Of a DNA stretch of 64,000 nucleotides, positions 54,429 through 64,000 are shown one piece after another. Made by a program: the position numbers and the translations under genes. The notes under the pieces are model-generated. The model did no database searches and was not told where the DNA came from. It was given only the letters and a program-made list of their open reading frames with translations. Origin of the DNA: Octopus vulgaris (taxonomy: Eukaryota); contig OX597820.1 in the NCBI GenBank assembly GCA_951406725.2, forward strand, positions 15,810,001 to 15,874,000, given 5' to 3'. Numbering within the stretch: the stretch's first letter is position 1; the number at the start of each line of letters is the position of its first letter.

Positions 54429-54989
54429 AAGTACTAAGAAATATAACCTACACTACAGCGTTCACAACACGCAAGACGTAGCAGAGAAAGCGAAATGAAG
54501 CAACGACAGTCACTAAATTTAGCCAACAGAGAGAAACCGGAGCAATGATATCTCGTCCAGCCCGGGCAAGCATGAATAGGACACACATACACACAGAAGT
54601 ATCTTTGTTTTCAATTTTGTAGCGTCACTGGCTCCAGACACGATTGGGAAGTACAGCTGCGAAATATATATGCAGAGGAACAGAAATTGTCACGGTTTGA
54701 CGGAGTACAACAGCAGTGACGACAATAGCAAGGAGAGCAGTGACAACGACAACAACAACAACAACAACAACAACCGCAACATTGATAACATCAATGACAA
54801 GAGCAGGAGCGGTAGCGACAACCACAGCAGCAGCAACAATAGCAACAGTGGCAGCAACATCAACCACGACAACAGAAGCAGCGACAACAACAACCACAAT
54901 AGCAGCAGTGTCAACAACAATAACAGCAACAACAAAGACAACAGCAGCAGGAACAACAACAACAACAACTTCGTATTTAGTTTCACTGA

Positions 54990-55610
54990 AGGCGTCGAGC
55001 TGGCAGAAACGTTAGCACGCCGGGCGAAATGCTTAGCAGTATTTCGTCTGCCGCTACGTTCAGAGTTCAAATTCCGCCGAGGTCGACTTTGCCTTTCAGC
55101 CTTTGGGGGTCGATAAATAAGGTGCCAGTTACGCACAGGAGTCGATATAATCGACTTAATCCGTTTGTCTGTCCTTGTTTGTCCCCTCTGTGTTTAGCCC
55201 CTTCTGGGCAGTAAAGAAATAGGTATTTCGTCTGCCGCTACGTTCTGAGTTCAAATTCCGCCATGGTCAACTTTGCCTTTCATCCTTTCGGGCTTGATTA
55301 AATAAGTACCAGTTACGCACTGGGGTCGATATAATCGACTTAATCCCTTTGTCTGTCCCTGTTTGTCCCCTCTGTGTGTAGCCCCTTCTGGGCAGTAAAG
55401 AAATCAGAATCGTTAACAAATCAGGCAAAATGTTTAGCGATATTTCGTCCTTCTATACGTTCTGAGTTCACATTCCTCCAAGGTCGACTTTGTCGTCCAT
55501 CCTTTTCGGGGCCGATAAAATAAGTACCAGTGAAACACTGTGTTCGATGTAATCGACTTGACGCTTCCCCGGAAATTGCTGGCCTTGTGTCAAAATTTTG
55601 AAACCGATAT
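54990..55610 (+). mobile_element. SINE B trimer
   Basis: Junction gaaataggtatttc at 55216; third unit older. Confidence 0.88.
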
Positions 55611-56516
55611 TTAGTTTCATTCTATTTCCTTCTGGTGTCAAATCTAGTCGGTTCTCGTGTATCAACGAAATAAATACGAGTGCTTTTATACATCACGAGT
55701 CCATATGAGAGGCCCTCTCAATGTGAACAATGCAGTATTCTGTGTTCGTACATAACCTTCACTTTAAGTTGGTAATCAACATTGACTTCGGTGTTTTATT
55801 GACAATAAAATGCGTGTAGGTCAAATCTAGAAATCCAAGCAACCCAGTTACAAGCGAATACGTGTTCGGTTTGACATCTAGGCAGAGCCTCCGAGAGAAA
55901 TTTGTTAAGGTGGAACAATTCTATTTCCCTGTTCTCAGGACTCAAGAGGCAGGTTGGTGGAAATCCTCTCAAATGGGAGAGAGGGGTTGCATGGGTAGTA
56001 GGACGACAAGGCGAGGGGACAGTGTGCTATGGGTGACGGTTTTATAAGGGTGACACTTTTTTGTCTGCCCTTTGGCATCTACACCTCTACACACTGGGGG
56101 CCGGGAGGGAAGGCGGCACACTCAAAGGCTGCAATGGGCAGCACACACACTCTAGCTACGCCACTGCTAGAGGAACCGTGATTATTCTTTCATCGTTTTT
56201 TTTTTTTCATAAGGGAAAACTGTAGATTTTTCCGGGCTCCTACTTGGTTTCTGTCCAGGTCCCAGAACGATTTACTGGCTTATTGATTGAACCCCGCCTT
56301 CTCTTATGCGCCCGAAGGCTGGCCCGGATGGCACACACACACACACACAAAAATTCTAACTATGTAACAGCAAAAGAGGTTGTGAGTTTTTCTTAGTAAC
56401 TCTTTTCCTTCATTCTTTTAGGAGAGAGGGCCTGGTAGGTTGTTAAGGTCTCCTAATTAGCTGCTGTGTAGCTCCCAGAGCGATTTACTGGCTAAAACCC
56501 ACCCTTTCATATAGGC

Positions 56517-57508
56517 CTGTGGTTCTCACCCGGAATCCATATGGCTCCTGATGGTCCACATAAGATTTTTTGGGGTCCTCGTAACAAAATATTAAATTGG
56601 GGATCCACAATCGTATTTTAAGTTCCACCGCTTTAGATGTATGTATTGGTATGCATTGCAAGAAACAGGTTTCTTTCCCTAAAATTTTACATAGTTCAAC
56701 TTACACGAGTTAATGTGTGAAAAACTAAATACGAATTTTGAAAGAAATTCCTATAAAACTAGTTTTTAAACATGAAACAGCTAAGACTCTACTCCCCGGA
56801 GAGAAGGCGGGAGCGATATGCAGTAATATACATCTGGAAGATCCTGGAAGGAATTGTGCCAAATTTTGGCATTGAAAGCTACACCAATGCCAGAACGGGA
56901 CAACACTGCATAGTGCCAAAGATCTCAGCAATGCCATCGCGCTTCAGAACCAGTTACTGCAACAGCCTGGGTTTCAGGGGCCCACAGCTTTTTAATATTC
57001 TCACAAAGAGCCTGAGAAACCTGCACAAGGAAGATGTAGCAAAACGGCGGTGCATCAGCATGGCCGCTGCTCTGAGCCGAAACTACAGCAAAAAAAAAAA
57101 AAAAAATCGAATGGTTATAGCTGTCCAACAGGATAAAATCGTAATCAAGGATGTCCATTGATAGAAAAAAAAATGGTTGAAAACCTGAGGAAGCTGCACA
57201 ATGTAGATGTAGGCGTTTTTAAATCAAAGCTGGACCTCTTCCTGCCGAGAGTCCCAGATGAACCTACCTCACGGCAAGAGGTGCAAATGAGGGTATCTAT
57301 ATCAAACTCCATGCTTCACCAAGTGCCACATATTGGAGGAGGCTCTCAGTAATAACAATGTAGCAAAACGGTGGTGCATCAGCATGGCCGCAGCTCTGAG
57401 CCGAAACTACAGCAAAATAAAAATATCGAATGGTTATAGCCGTCCAACACGATAAAATTGTAATCAAGGATGTCCATTGATAAAAAACAAAATGGTTGAA
57501 AACCTCTG
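56517..57508. mobile_element. hAT-type MITE carrying a CR1 insertion
   Basis: Ends CTGTGGTTCTCACC / GGTTGAAAACCTCTG; 8 bp flanks ATATAGGC (56509) / TTATAGGC (57509). Confidence 0.7.
56771..57420 (+). mobile_element. CR1-group LINE 3' fragment with local tandem duplication
   Basis: LYSPERRRERYAVIYIWKIL..RGPQLFNIL..FKSKLDLFL..PDEP; 3'UTR ggcggtgcatcagcatggccgc present twice. Confidence 0.8.
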
Positions 57509-58197
57509 TTATAGGCCCTAGATGTGATGGATACAGTTTTCTCAAAATAGAGGTGACGAACTCCATTGAACAAGAGTTAAGTTGGGCCAGCTTCCTTCAT
57601 TTGCAGACTAATTAATGCGTTCTGAGTAAATCTGAACGTGGCAATTTGTTTTCTTCCGCATTCTTAGAGCGTTTTGCATCACGTCAAAAATAAATTATTC
57701 ATAGCGTAAACGTGTGCGTGTCTGGTCTCGCTTCGCTCAGCAACGGTTATCGTCGTTGTTAATGATGATAATGATAATGATGATGCTGGTGGTGGTGATG
57801 GTGGTGGTGGTGGTGGCGGCGGCGGCGGTGGTGGTGATGATTGATGGCGATTTAAAAATACGAAATGGGATAAAAAAAAAAAATACACGTGTAAAACAAA
57901 TAAGTAAAAATAAGATGATTGAATGGGAAAAATCCGAAAGTTTATTGGTAAAAAAAGTTAATTAAAATATGTTAATATCTGGAGCATGCCAAAATACACA
58001 CACACACACTCACATATACACTCTCACACAGTCGCTCTCTGTGTCTCACACACAGTCATACACATACTCACACGCACACACATCCTCTCTCTCTTTCTCT
58101 CCCCTCTCTCTCACCCACTCATTTATACACACACAAGCACTTGCTCTCTTTCTTTCTATCTCTCACGCACACAGTCGCTCTCATAGTCTTACACACG

Positions 58198-58234
<37 letters not shown>

Positions 58235-59859
58235 TAATTCATGCACACAGACACGTGCACTCACTTGCATTGTCTGTCTGCGTGTCTGTGTGTCTGTGTG
58301 TCTGTCTGTTTCTGTCTGTCTCTCTCATACGCACACAGTCACATACGCAGGTCCCCTCTCTCTCTCTTTTCCTTACTCCCTCTCTCTTCCTTACTCTCTC
58401 TCTTCTTTACTCTCTTCCTTACTTTCTCTCTCTTCCTTACTCTCTCTCTCTCTCTCTCTCACACAGAGTCACACACAAATCCTTTCTATCTCTCACTTAT
58501 CCACCCACCCACCCCACACACAAAAACGCTGTTCTCTCCATCTTGTAGATCTGTGTATCGTCATCAAAATTATTAAAATACGGACCTATGGCGAAGCCCC
58601 TACGTTCCGTATAATCAATTGTTACCTTTCCCAAATTTACGTCTTTCTGTCTATGAATGAAATCAGGAATTTAACTGAGAAAACCCTTGCTTTGTCGGTG
58701 AGAAAACAATTCTGTTTTAGATTTTCACTAAAAATGACGATGAAAAACTGCCGCTTCCGTCGTGGAGGCAAAGTCCTAGCTATGGAACTTCTTTACAGCT
58801 GAATAGACCGGAGCAACGGGAAATGAAGTACCAACTATTGCTAGGGACTTAACGAACCAGCGTCCAGTTCCGGTGAGAATGGTGCAATGTCAGCGACTTA
58901 TATAGCATGGATTGCGGGTGAAGTTTCGGCCAAATGAATCTGCGGGATCAAGACTGACCAAAGCCCTAAATTGCTATTAAGATTGAAGAATCTATTATTT
59001 AGGGTTCTTCATTTGAGACTGAAGAAGGGAGAGAGAATGTGCCTGACGTGGTTTTGTTTGTAAGTCCGTTGGAAGGCCAAATTTTTTAATGTTTTTTCGG
59101 ACTGATTTGGAGAAAAAGATTATATCCACGGTTTTCACAAGTCCTCTGAATCCAGTGAAGTCGATGCTGTTAAAGTTCCGTTCAAACAGTCCTAAGGCAA
59201 CAACAACAGACAAAAAGTATTCACTTTGAGAATTCTAGAGGGTAGACACCATATGAAGAAACACCGGGCCGTAGAAGTTAATTGTGATGGAAACAATATG
59301 GGTGATGCGAATGAGAGAGACGTGTATCTTTAGAGTGCCTAAGTGGAAGTGATAGAAAAGAAATTAATTCCCTAGACTAGAATCCATTATAGTAGTGGTA
59401 GAAAAAGCAGAAAGAAACGACAGATTATTCCGCGCTCTTTCAAAGACTGAAGACATGCTCGTTCGTATTTCAGAAATAAGGATGATCTATGAACATTTTT
59501 TTATTTTTCAATTTTGATCACAGCTTTTCCTTTTAAAATGTACTCAGAATTCTTTTCATTTATATATATGACGTTTTAAATTCTTCCAATGGTTTCTAAG
59601 GAAACAAAAGCGTCATTACTGGAATTTTCGCAGTAACATAATCTTCAAAATGGGAAACTATTGACGACTGTTGGTCAACGATTACCTTTTCCAGTTATCT
59701 ATGTTATTGTCTCTCTTGCGTTTTCTGATAACATAATGCACAGAACCAAATAGAGACAACATAAAGCATAGAACCAAAATTTCTATAGAATATCTGTAGA
59801 AATAATCTTAACAAATTATTTACATTTGACAGATATTTGTCCTCATGTTGTTTGTTGTT

Positions 59860-59905
59860 AACACAACTTTTCAGCTGATATACACTCCAGCCTTCTTCAG
59901 GTGTC
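59860..59905 (-). ncRNA. Hammerhead ribozyme-like motif (left arm)
   Basis: Minus strand: GACAC-CTGAAGA-A-GGCTG..CAGCT-GAAA-AG-TT-GTGTT. Confidence 0.6.
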
Positions 59906-59966
59906 TTGGGGAAATTTCCAACCTGGATTCTCATTCCTAAGGTATTTTTCGATATTATTATTATTC

Positions 59967-60040
59967 AGGCAACCGCCTGGAATCGAACTTGGAATCCTGG
60001 GGTTAGTAGCGCGCACTCTTAACCACTACGCCATATGCCC
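59967..60040 (-). other. tRNA-derived Pol III head (not a functional tRNA)
   Basis: GGGCATATGGCGTAGTGGTTAAG..GTTCGATTCC..TTGCC: A and B boxes present, imperfect cloverleaf. Confidence 0.75.
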
Positions 60041-60102
60041 GTGGGCAATTATGGAGTGAATTTTAGGGCTTATAAATCTAATATTTTCCTGTCCTTCCCC
60101 AA

Positions 60103-60148
60103 GACACCTGATGAAGGCTGGAGGGTATATCAGCCGAAACGTTGTGTT
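60103..60148 (+). ncRNA. Minimal type I hammerhead ribozyme (right arm)
   Basis: GACAC-CTGATGA-A-GGCTG-gagggtatat-CAGCC-GAAACGTT-GTGTT; palindromic AACGTT stem III. Confidence 0.78.
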
Positions 60149-60397
60149 AACAAACAAACAAGATGAGGACAAATATCCGTCAAATATAAATAATGTAAAT
60201 ATTGTACATAATTCCTCGTCTCTTAAATATAGAACTGTTTCACTTTAACAAAATTATATATATATATATATTCTTTTATTTTTTAACTTGTTTCAGTCAT
60301 TTGACTACGGCCATGCTGGAGCACCGCCGTTATATATGTGTATATATATATATATATACATATAACAAAAGAGGGAGTGTTTCCACGCAGAAAAAAA

Positions 60398-60735
60398 TAT
60401 AGGCAAATCTGTTGTTGAAAATGCACCTACATTTGAAAAACTTGTAATGGTTTAAAATACATTTATTTACATATATACCAAACTAGTTTCAATAATTTTT
60501 TTGTTTATCAATGGTAAAAGTTTAAAGTTATGAATTAGAAAAAAATCGTTAAAAGTTTCAATGTTGACGAATTAAAATACTTTTAAAGATTTTTTTCTAA
60601 TTCATAACTTTAAACTTTTACCATTGATAAACAAAAAATATTGTTGAAACTAGTTTGGTATATATGTAAATAAATGTATTTTAAACCATTACAAGTTTTC
60701 CAAATTTAGGTCCATTTTCAACAACAAATTTGCCT

Positions 60736-60738
<3 letters not shown>
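60398..60738. repeat. Foldback with ~155 bp arms abutting (TA)n
   Basis: tataggcaaatctgttgttgaaaatg.. / ..cattttcaacaacaaatttgcctata. Confidence 0.9.
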
Positions 60739-60775
<37 letters not shown>

Positions 60776-60789
60776 GTATATATGTATAT

Positions 60790-61191
60790 TTAGGTAGTGG
60801 GTAACGATTTTCTTCACTACTTCAGGGAGTGACGACCCTGCCTGACACGATCCCGGACTCAGCTGGCTCCCTCTGACAGTACCCGGTATGGGCCCCAATC
60901 CAAGGTTACGGAAAGGAGACAACTTTCAAACAGTGGAGCCCCGTTGGCGGTTTAGTGTTCGAGTCGTCAATCTTTCGGTAACTCCTGCAACTAAGCTGGT
61001 GCCAAACGTTATGCTCTGCACTCCCTTGGACTACGTCAGCAAGGTCGAGAGAGGAATCCGGATGATTCGGGTACCCAGGATTTTCATACATCTAGCCCAG
61101 GCCTGCGCAAAACTGGAGAAGGAAATGGAGAGGACATGAAATGTAAAAACCAGACTGGATTAGTTTATGCGCAACTCTATTGACTCCCGAG

Positions 61192-61221
<30 letters not shown>
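60790..61221 (+). mobile_element. Non-autonomous RTE-tailed retroposon, copy 2
   Basis: Paralog of 6175-6622; (CAA)n tail. Confidence 0.8.
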
Positions 61222-61223
<2 letters not shown>

Positions 61224-61256
61224 ATATATAAACATGTATGTATATAATTATATATA

Positions 61257-61401
61257 CAGTCGTGGCCAAGAGTTTGGAACATAGGTTTGAAAATTAGAAT
61301 TTTTATATTAAATGCTCAAAATTATATTTGGTCAGAGCGGTGTATATTGGGCATCACAATTTTAATTTTCATAAAATTTTCCTAACTTTTGGTCACGGCT
61401 G
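61257..61401. mobile_element. 145 bp Tc1-type MITE
   Basis: TIRs CAGTCGTGGCCAAGAGTTTGGAA / TTCCTAACTTTTGGTCACGGCTG; TA flanks. Confidence 0.8.
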
Positions 61402-61409
61402 TACACACA

Positions 61410-61458
<49 letters not shown>

Positions 61459-61598
61459 CTATACATGTAGGTATTCATATACGTGACTGTGTATGCTTGA
61501 ATATAAGTGTGTGTGTGTGTATGTATCTATGAAAATATATCCGTATATATATATGTCTCTGTTTCTCTCCCATCTCCCTCTCTCTCTATATAAATGTG

Positions 61599-61721
<123 letters not shown>

Positions 61722-61839
61722 TATATATATATTTGCTTGTGTGTGTGTGTGTATGTGTGCGTGTGTATTGTACTTATGTATGTATCGAGTTGTCGCATAT
61801 GTGATGGCTACTTAGAAATGAATAAAAACTATTTATAAT

Positions 61840-62120
61840 CATTATTTATGAATCAAAACAGGCTCCATTAGCTTCAACAACTTTTTCTTCCATCGCCTTG
61901 AGAGACGAGATGTTTGTTCTTGGGGAAAATTTGTCTTTTGAAGTTAAGAACTGTTCAAATTCTGTCATTACGTCTCTATTTGCATGCGTTTTGTCACGGA
62001 TGAAAAACTAAAGGTGGTGAAATAAATATTAGTCTTTTGGTGATAAAAAGTCTGGAGATTATGGAGAATAATCCAATATTTCATAATTAAACTGCCGCAA
62101 ATTTGCCTTGGTTTGATTTG
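61840..62120 (-). pseudogene. mariner transposase C-terminal remnant
   Basis: EILDYSP*SPD..D*YLFHHL..KVVEANG. Confidence 0.55.
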
Positions 62121-62159
62121 CAATTTGGGAATTGGTAATGTCACGCTAGAGAATTACCG

Positions 62160-62450
62160 GTACCCCGTCGGTTACGACGACGAGTTTTCCAGCTGATCCA
62201 TTCAACGGAACAGCCTGATGGTGCAATTAACGTGCCGGTGGTTGAGCACTTCACAGACACGCGTACCCTTAACGTAGTTCTCATGGAGATTCAGCGTGAC
62301 ATAGAATGTGACACGGTTGGCCCTTTGAATGACAAGTTCAATTCATTTTTGCTAGCTGGGTGGACTGAAGCAACGTGAGATAAATTGTCTTGGTCATACA
62401 CACAACGCGCTGCCAGGAATCGAACTCACGACCTTACGACCGTGAGCCAT
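62160..62450 (-). mobile_element. SINE C
   Basis: Matches 13850-14135. Confidence 0.8.
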
Positions 62451-62532
62451 GCCAAAGAACAGGCTTTTGTTATTTATCAATACCGAATGTCTCCTGGTTC
62501 TAAACAACCTTTTCTACTATTAATAAATAACC

Positions 62533-63141
62533 TCTTCTACTATAGGCACAAGGCCTGAAATTTGATGGGTGGGGGTAAGTCTATTACATCGACCCCAGTG
62601 CGTAACTGGTACCTATTTAATCGACCCCGAAAGGATGAAAGGCAAAGTCGACCTTGGCGGAATTTGAACTCAGGACGTAGTGGCAGACGAAATACCGCTA
62701 AATATTTCGCCCGGCGTGCTAACGATTCTTATTTCGTTATTACCCACAAGGGGCTAAACACAGAGGGGACAAACAAGGACAGACAAACGGATTACGTCGA
62801 TTACAGTGTGTGTAACTGGTAGTTAATTTATCGATCCCGAAAGGACGAAAGGCAAAGTCGACCTCGGCGGAATTTGAACTCAGGACGTAGCGACTGGCGA
62901 AATACCTATTTCTATTTCTTTACTACCCATAAGGGGCTAAACACAGAGATGACAAACAAGGGCAAACAAACGGATTAAGTCGATTATATCGACCCCAGTG
63001 CGTAACTGGTACTTATTTAATCGACCCCGAAATGATGAAAGGCAAAGTCAACCTCGGCGGAATTTGAACTCAGAACGTAGCGGCAGACGAAATACCGCTA
63101 AACATTTCGCCCGGTGTGCTAACGATTCTGCCAGCTCACCA
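62533..63141 (-). mobile_element. SINE B trimer
   Basis: One recurrent-type junction (62899) and one head-proximal junction (~62730). Confidence 0.88.
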
Positions 63142-63724
63142 CCACACTACAGAAATAAATAACGCCTGATTCATGGACAGTGCTGCCAAATAGTAACTCT
63201 CTTTTTGCGGGGGTGTAAAGTAGATTTTGAAACACATTCAAGCAACTCTTCAACATGAAGCCATTGCGAAGATCTTTTACTGTTGTCATGAAGGACTCAA
63301 TTTCGCCACAAGAAATTATTCTGTTTAAAATTACAGGATGCGGCAGAAAAGCTGCCTCGATTTCAAAAGTTAATAAAAAAACAAACACATCAAGATACAA
63401 GAGAAAAACGATGTTCTCTACTCGAGGCCATGGTGAGTATTGAAACAGAAAAAAAATAGCATTTAATAAACTTCTTAGAAATACAAAGGTTTTTTTATGC
63501 ATCTTCATGTGTTTGTCTTTTATTAACCTTTGAAATCGAGGCAATCTTTCTGCCGCACTCTGTAATTCCTTTTTATTTTGCACAAGAAGAAAAGATTATC
63601 ATACGACACATCTCGCATGCAGCGCTTTGGCTTATGCAAAACAGATTTGCCCGTCTTTTTCACTTTGCCGATCGCTGCAAATTGACGTCCTTTAGGTGAT
63701 TTCGAAACCTTTAGTGTTCACAGC

Positions 63725-64000
63725 ATGTTTCAATGTTCCATCATTGACCACCGGAAGCTGATGGGGGAATTTTATTCGCAAGGTGGTCAACTCGGCTCCC
63801 TCCCCAGGCTGGCGCAAACGAGTTGGAGGACAACTGAAGACGTGGCTGACGACGGTAAAGGCGGATGTGAAAGCACAATCGGGTTCCCGCGTCTATAATC
63901 TTCGGCAGGAGCCGGCCCGAGGATGTGGTCAGCATTCTTGAAAGACGTGGTGATCTCGTTGGTCGAAGCCGGCTCAAACCAACACGGGTGAATGCTGCCA
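63725..64000 (+). mobile_element. RTE-type LINE 3' end (second RTE family)
   Basis: FIRKVVNSAPSPGWRKRVGGQLKTWLTTVKAD..WSAFLKDVV..AGSNQHG*; resembles the RTE C-terminal GGQ.KTW motif. Confidence 0.65.

Noticed and set aside
58860-59480. Possible very old RT remnant on the minus strand (SIDF..FGLP..DIAPF)
   Set aside because: Similarity too weak to support by eye; needs a profile search.
59967-60040. Functional tRNA gene
   Set aside because: Anticodon and T stems pair poorly; treated as a SINE head. The same applies to the other tRNA-like heads.
63119-63583. 154 aa minus-strand ORF
   Set aside because: No recognisable domain; runs into a SINE; no splice evidence.

Overview
AT-rich eukaryotic, repeat-saturated DNA, intronic or intergenic. 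The SINE repertoire and microsatellite load suggest an octopus/cephalopod genome (inference). I find no supportable host protein-coding gene: nearly all ORFs in the track are translations of simple repeats, and the real protein signals are decayed transposon ORFs (RTE, R4/Dong-like and CR1-type LINEs; Tc1 DD36E, DD37D, DD41D and mariner transposases; a CMC/Chapaev-like remnant). There are at least four tRNA-derived SINE families, Helitron-type elements and Tc1/hAT MITEs. The most notable signal is about 14 type I hammerhead-ribozyme-like motifs, some canonical and some degenerate, from several sequence families. They lie in short non-coding elements that mostly sit in (TA)n tracts and often form foldbacks, i.e. 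Penelope-type pLTR/retrozyme-like elements. One (59816-60193) joins a tRNA-derived Pol III head to a hammerhead tail, with an inverted hammerhead copy on its 5' side. Also visible are LINE-SINE tail sharing, SINE multimers with a recurrent junction, a ~70 bp RTE target duplication and a triple TSD. All coordinates were read by eye; element boundaries are approximate unless a TIR/TSD is quoted.
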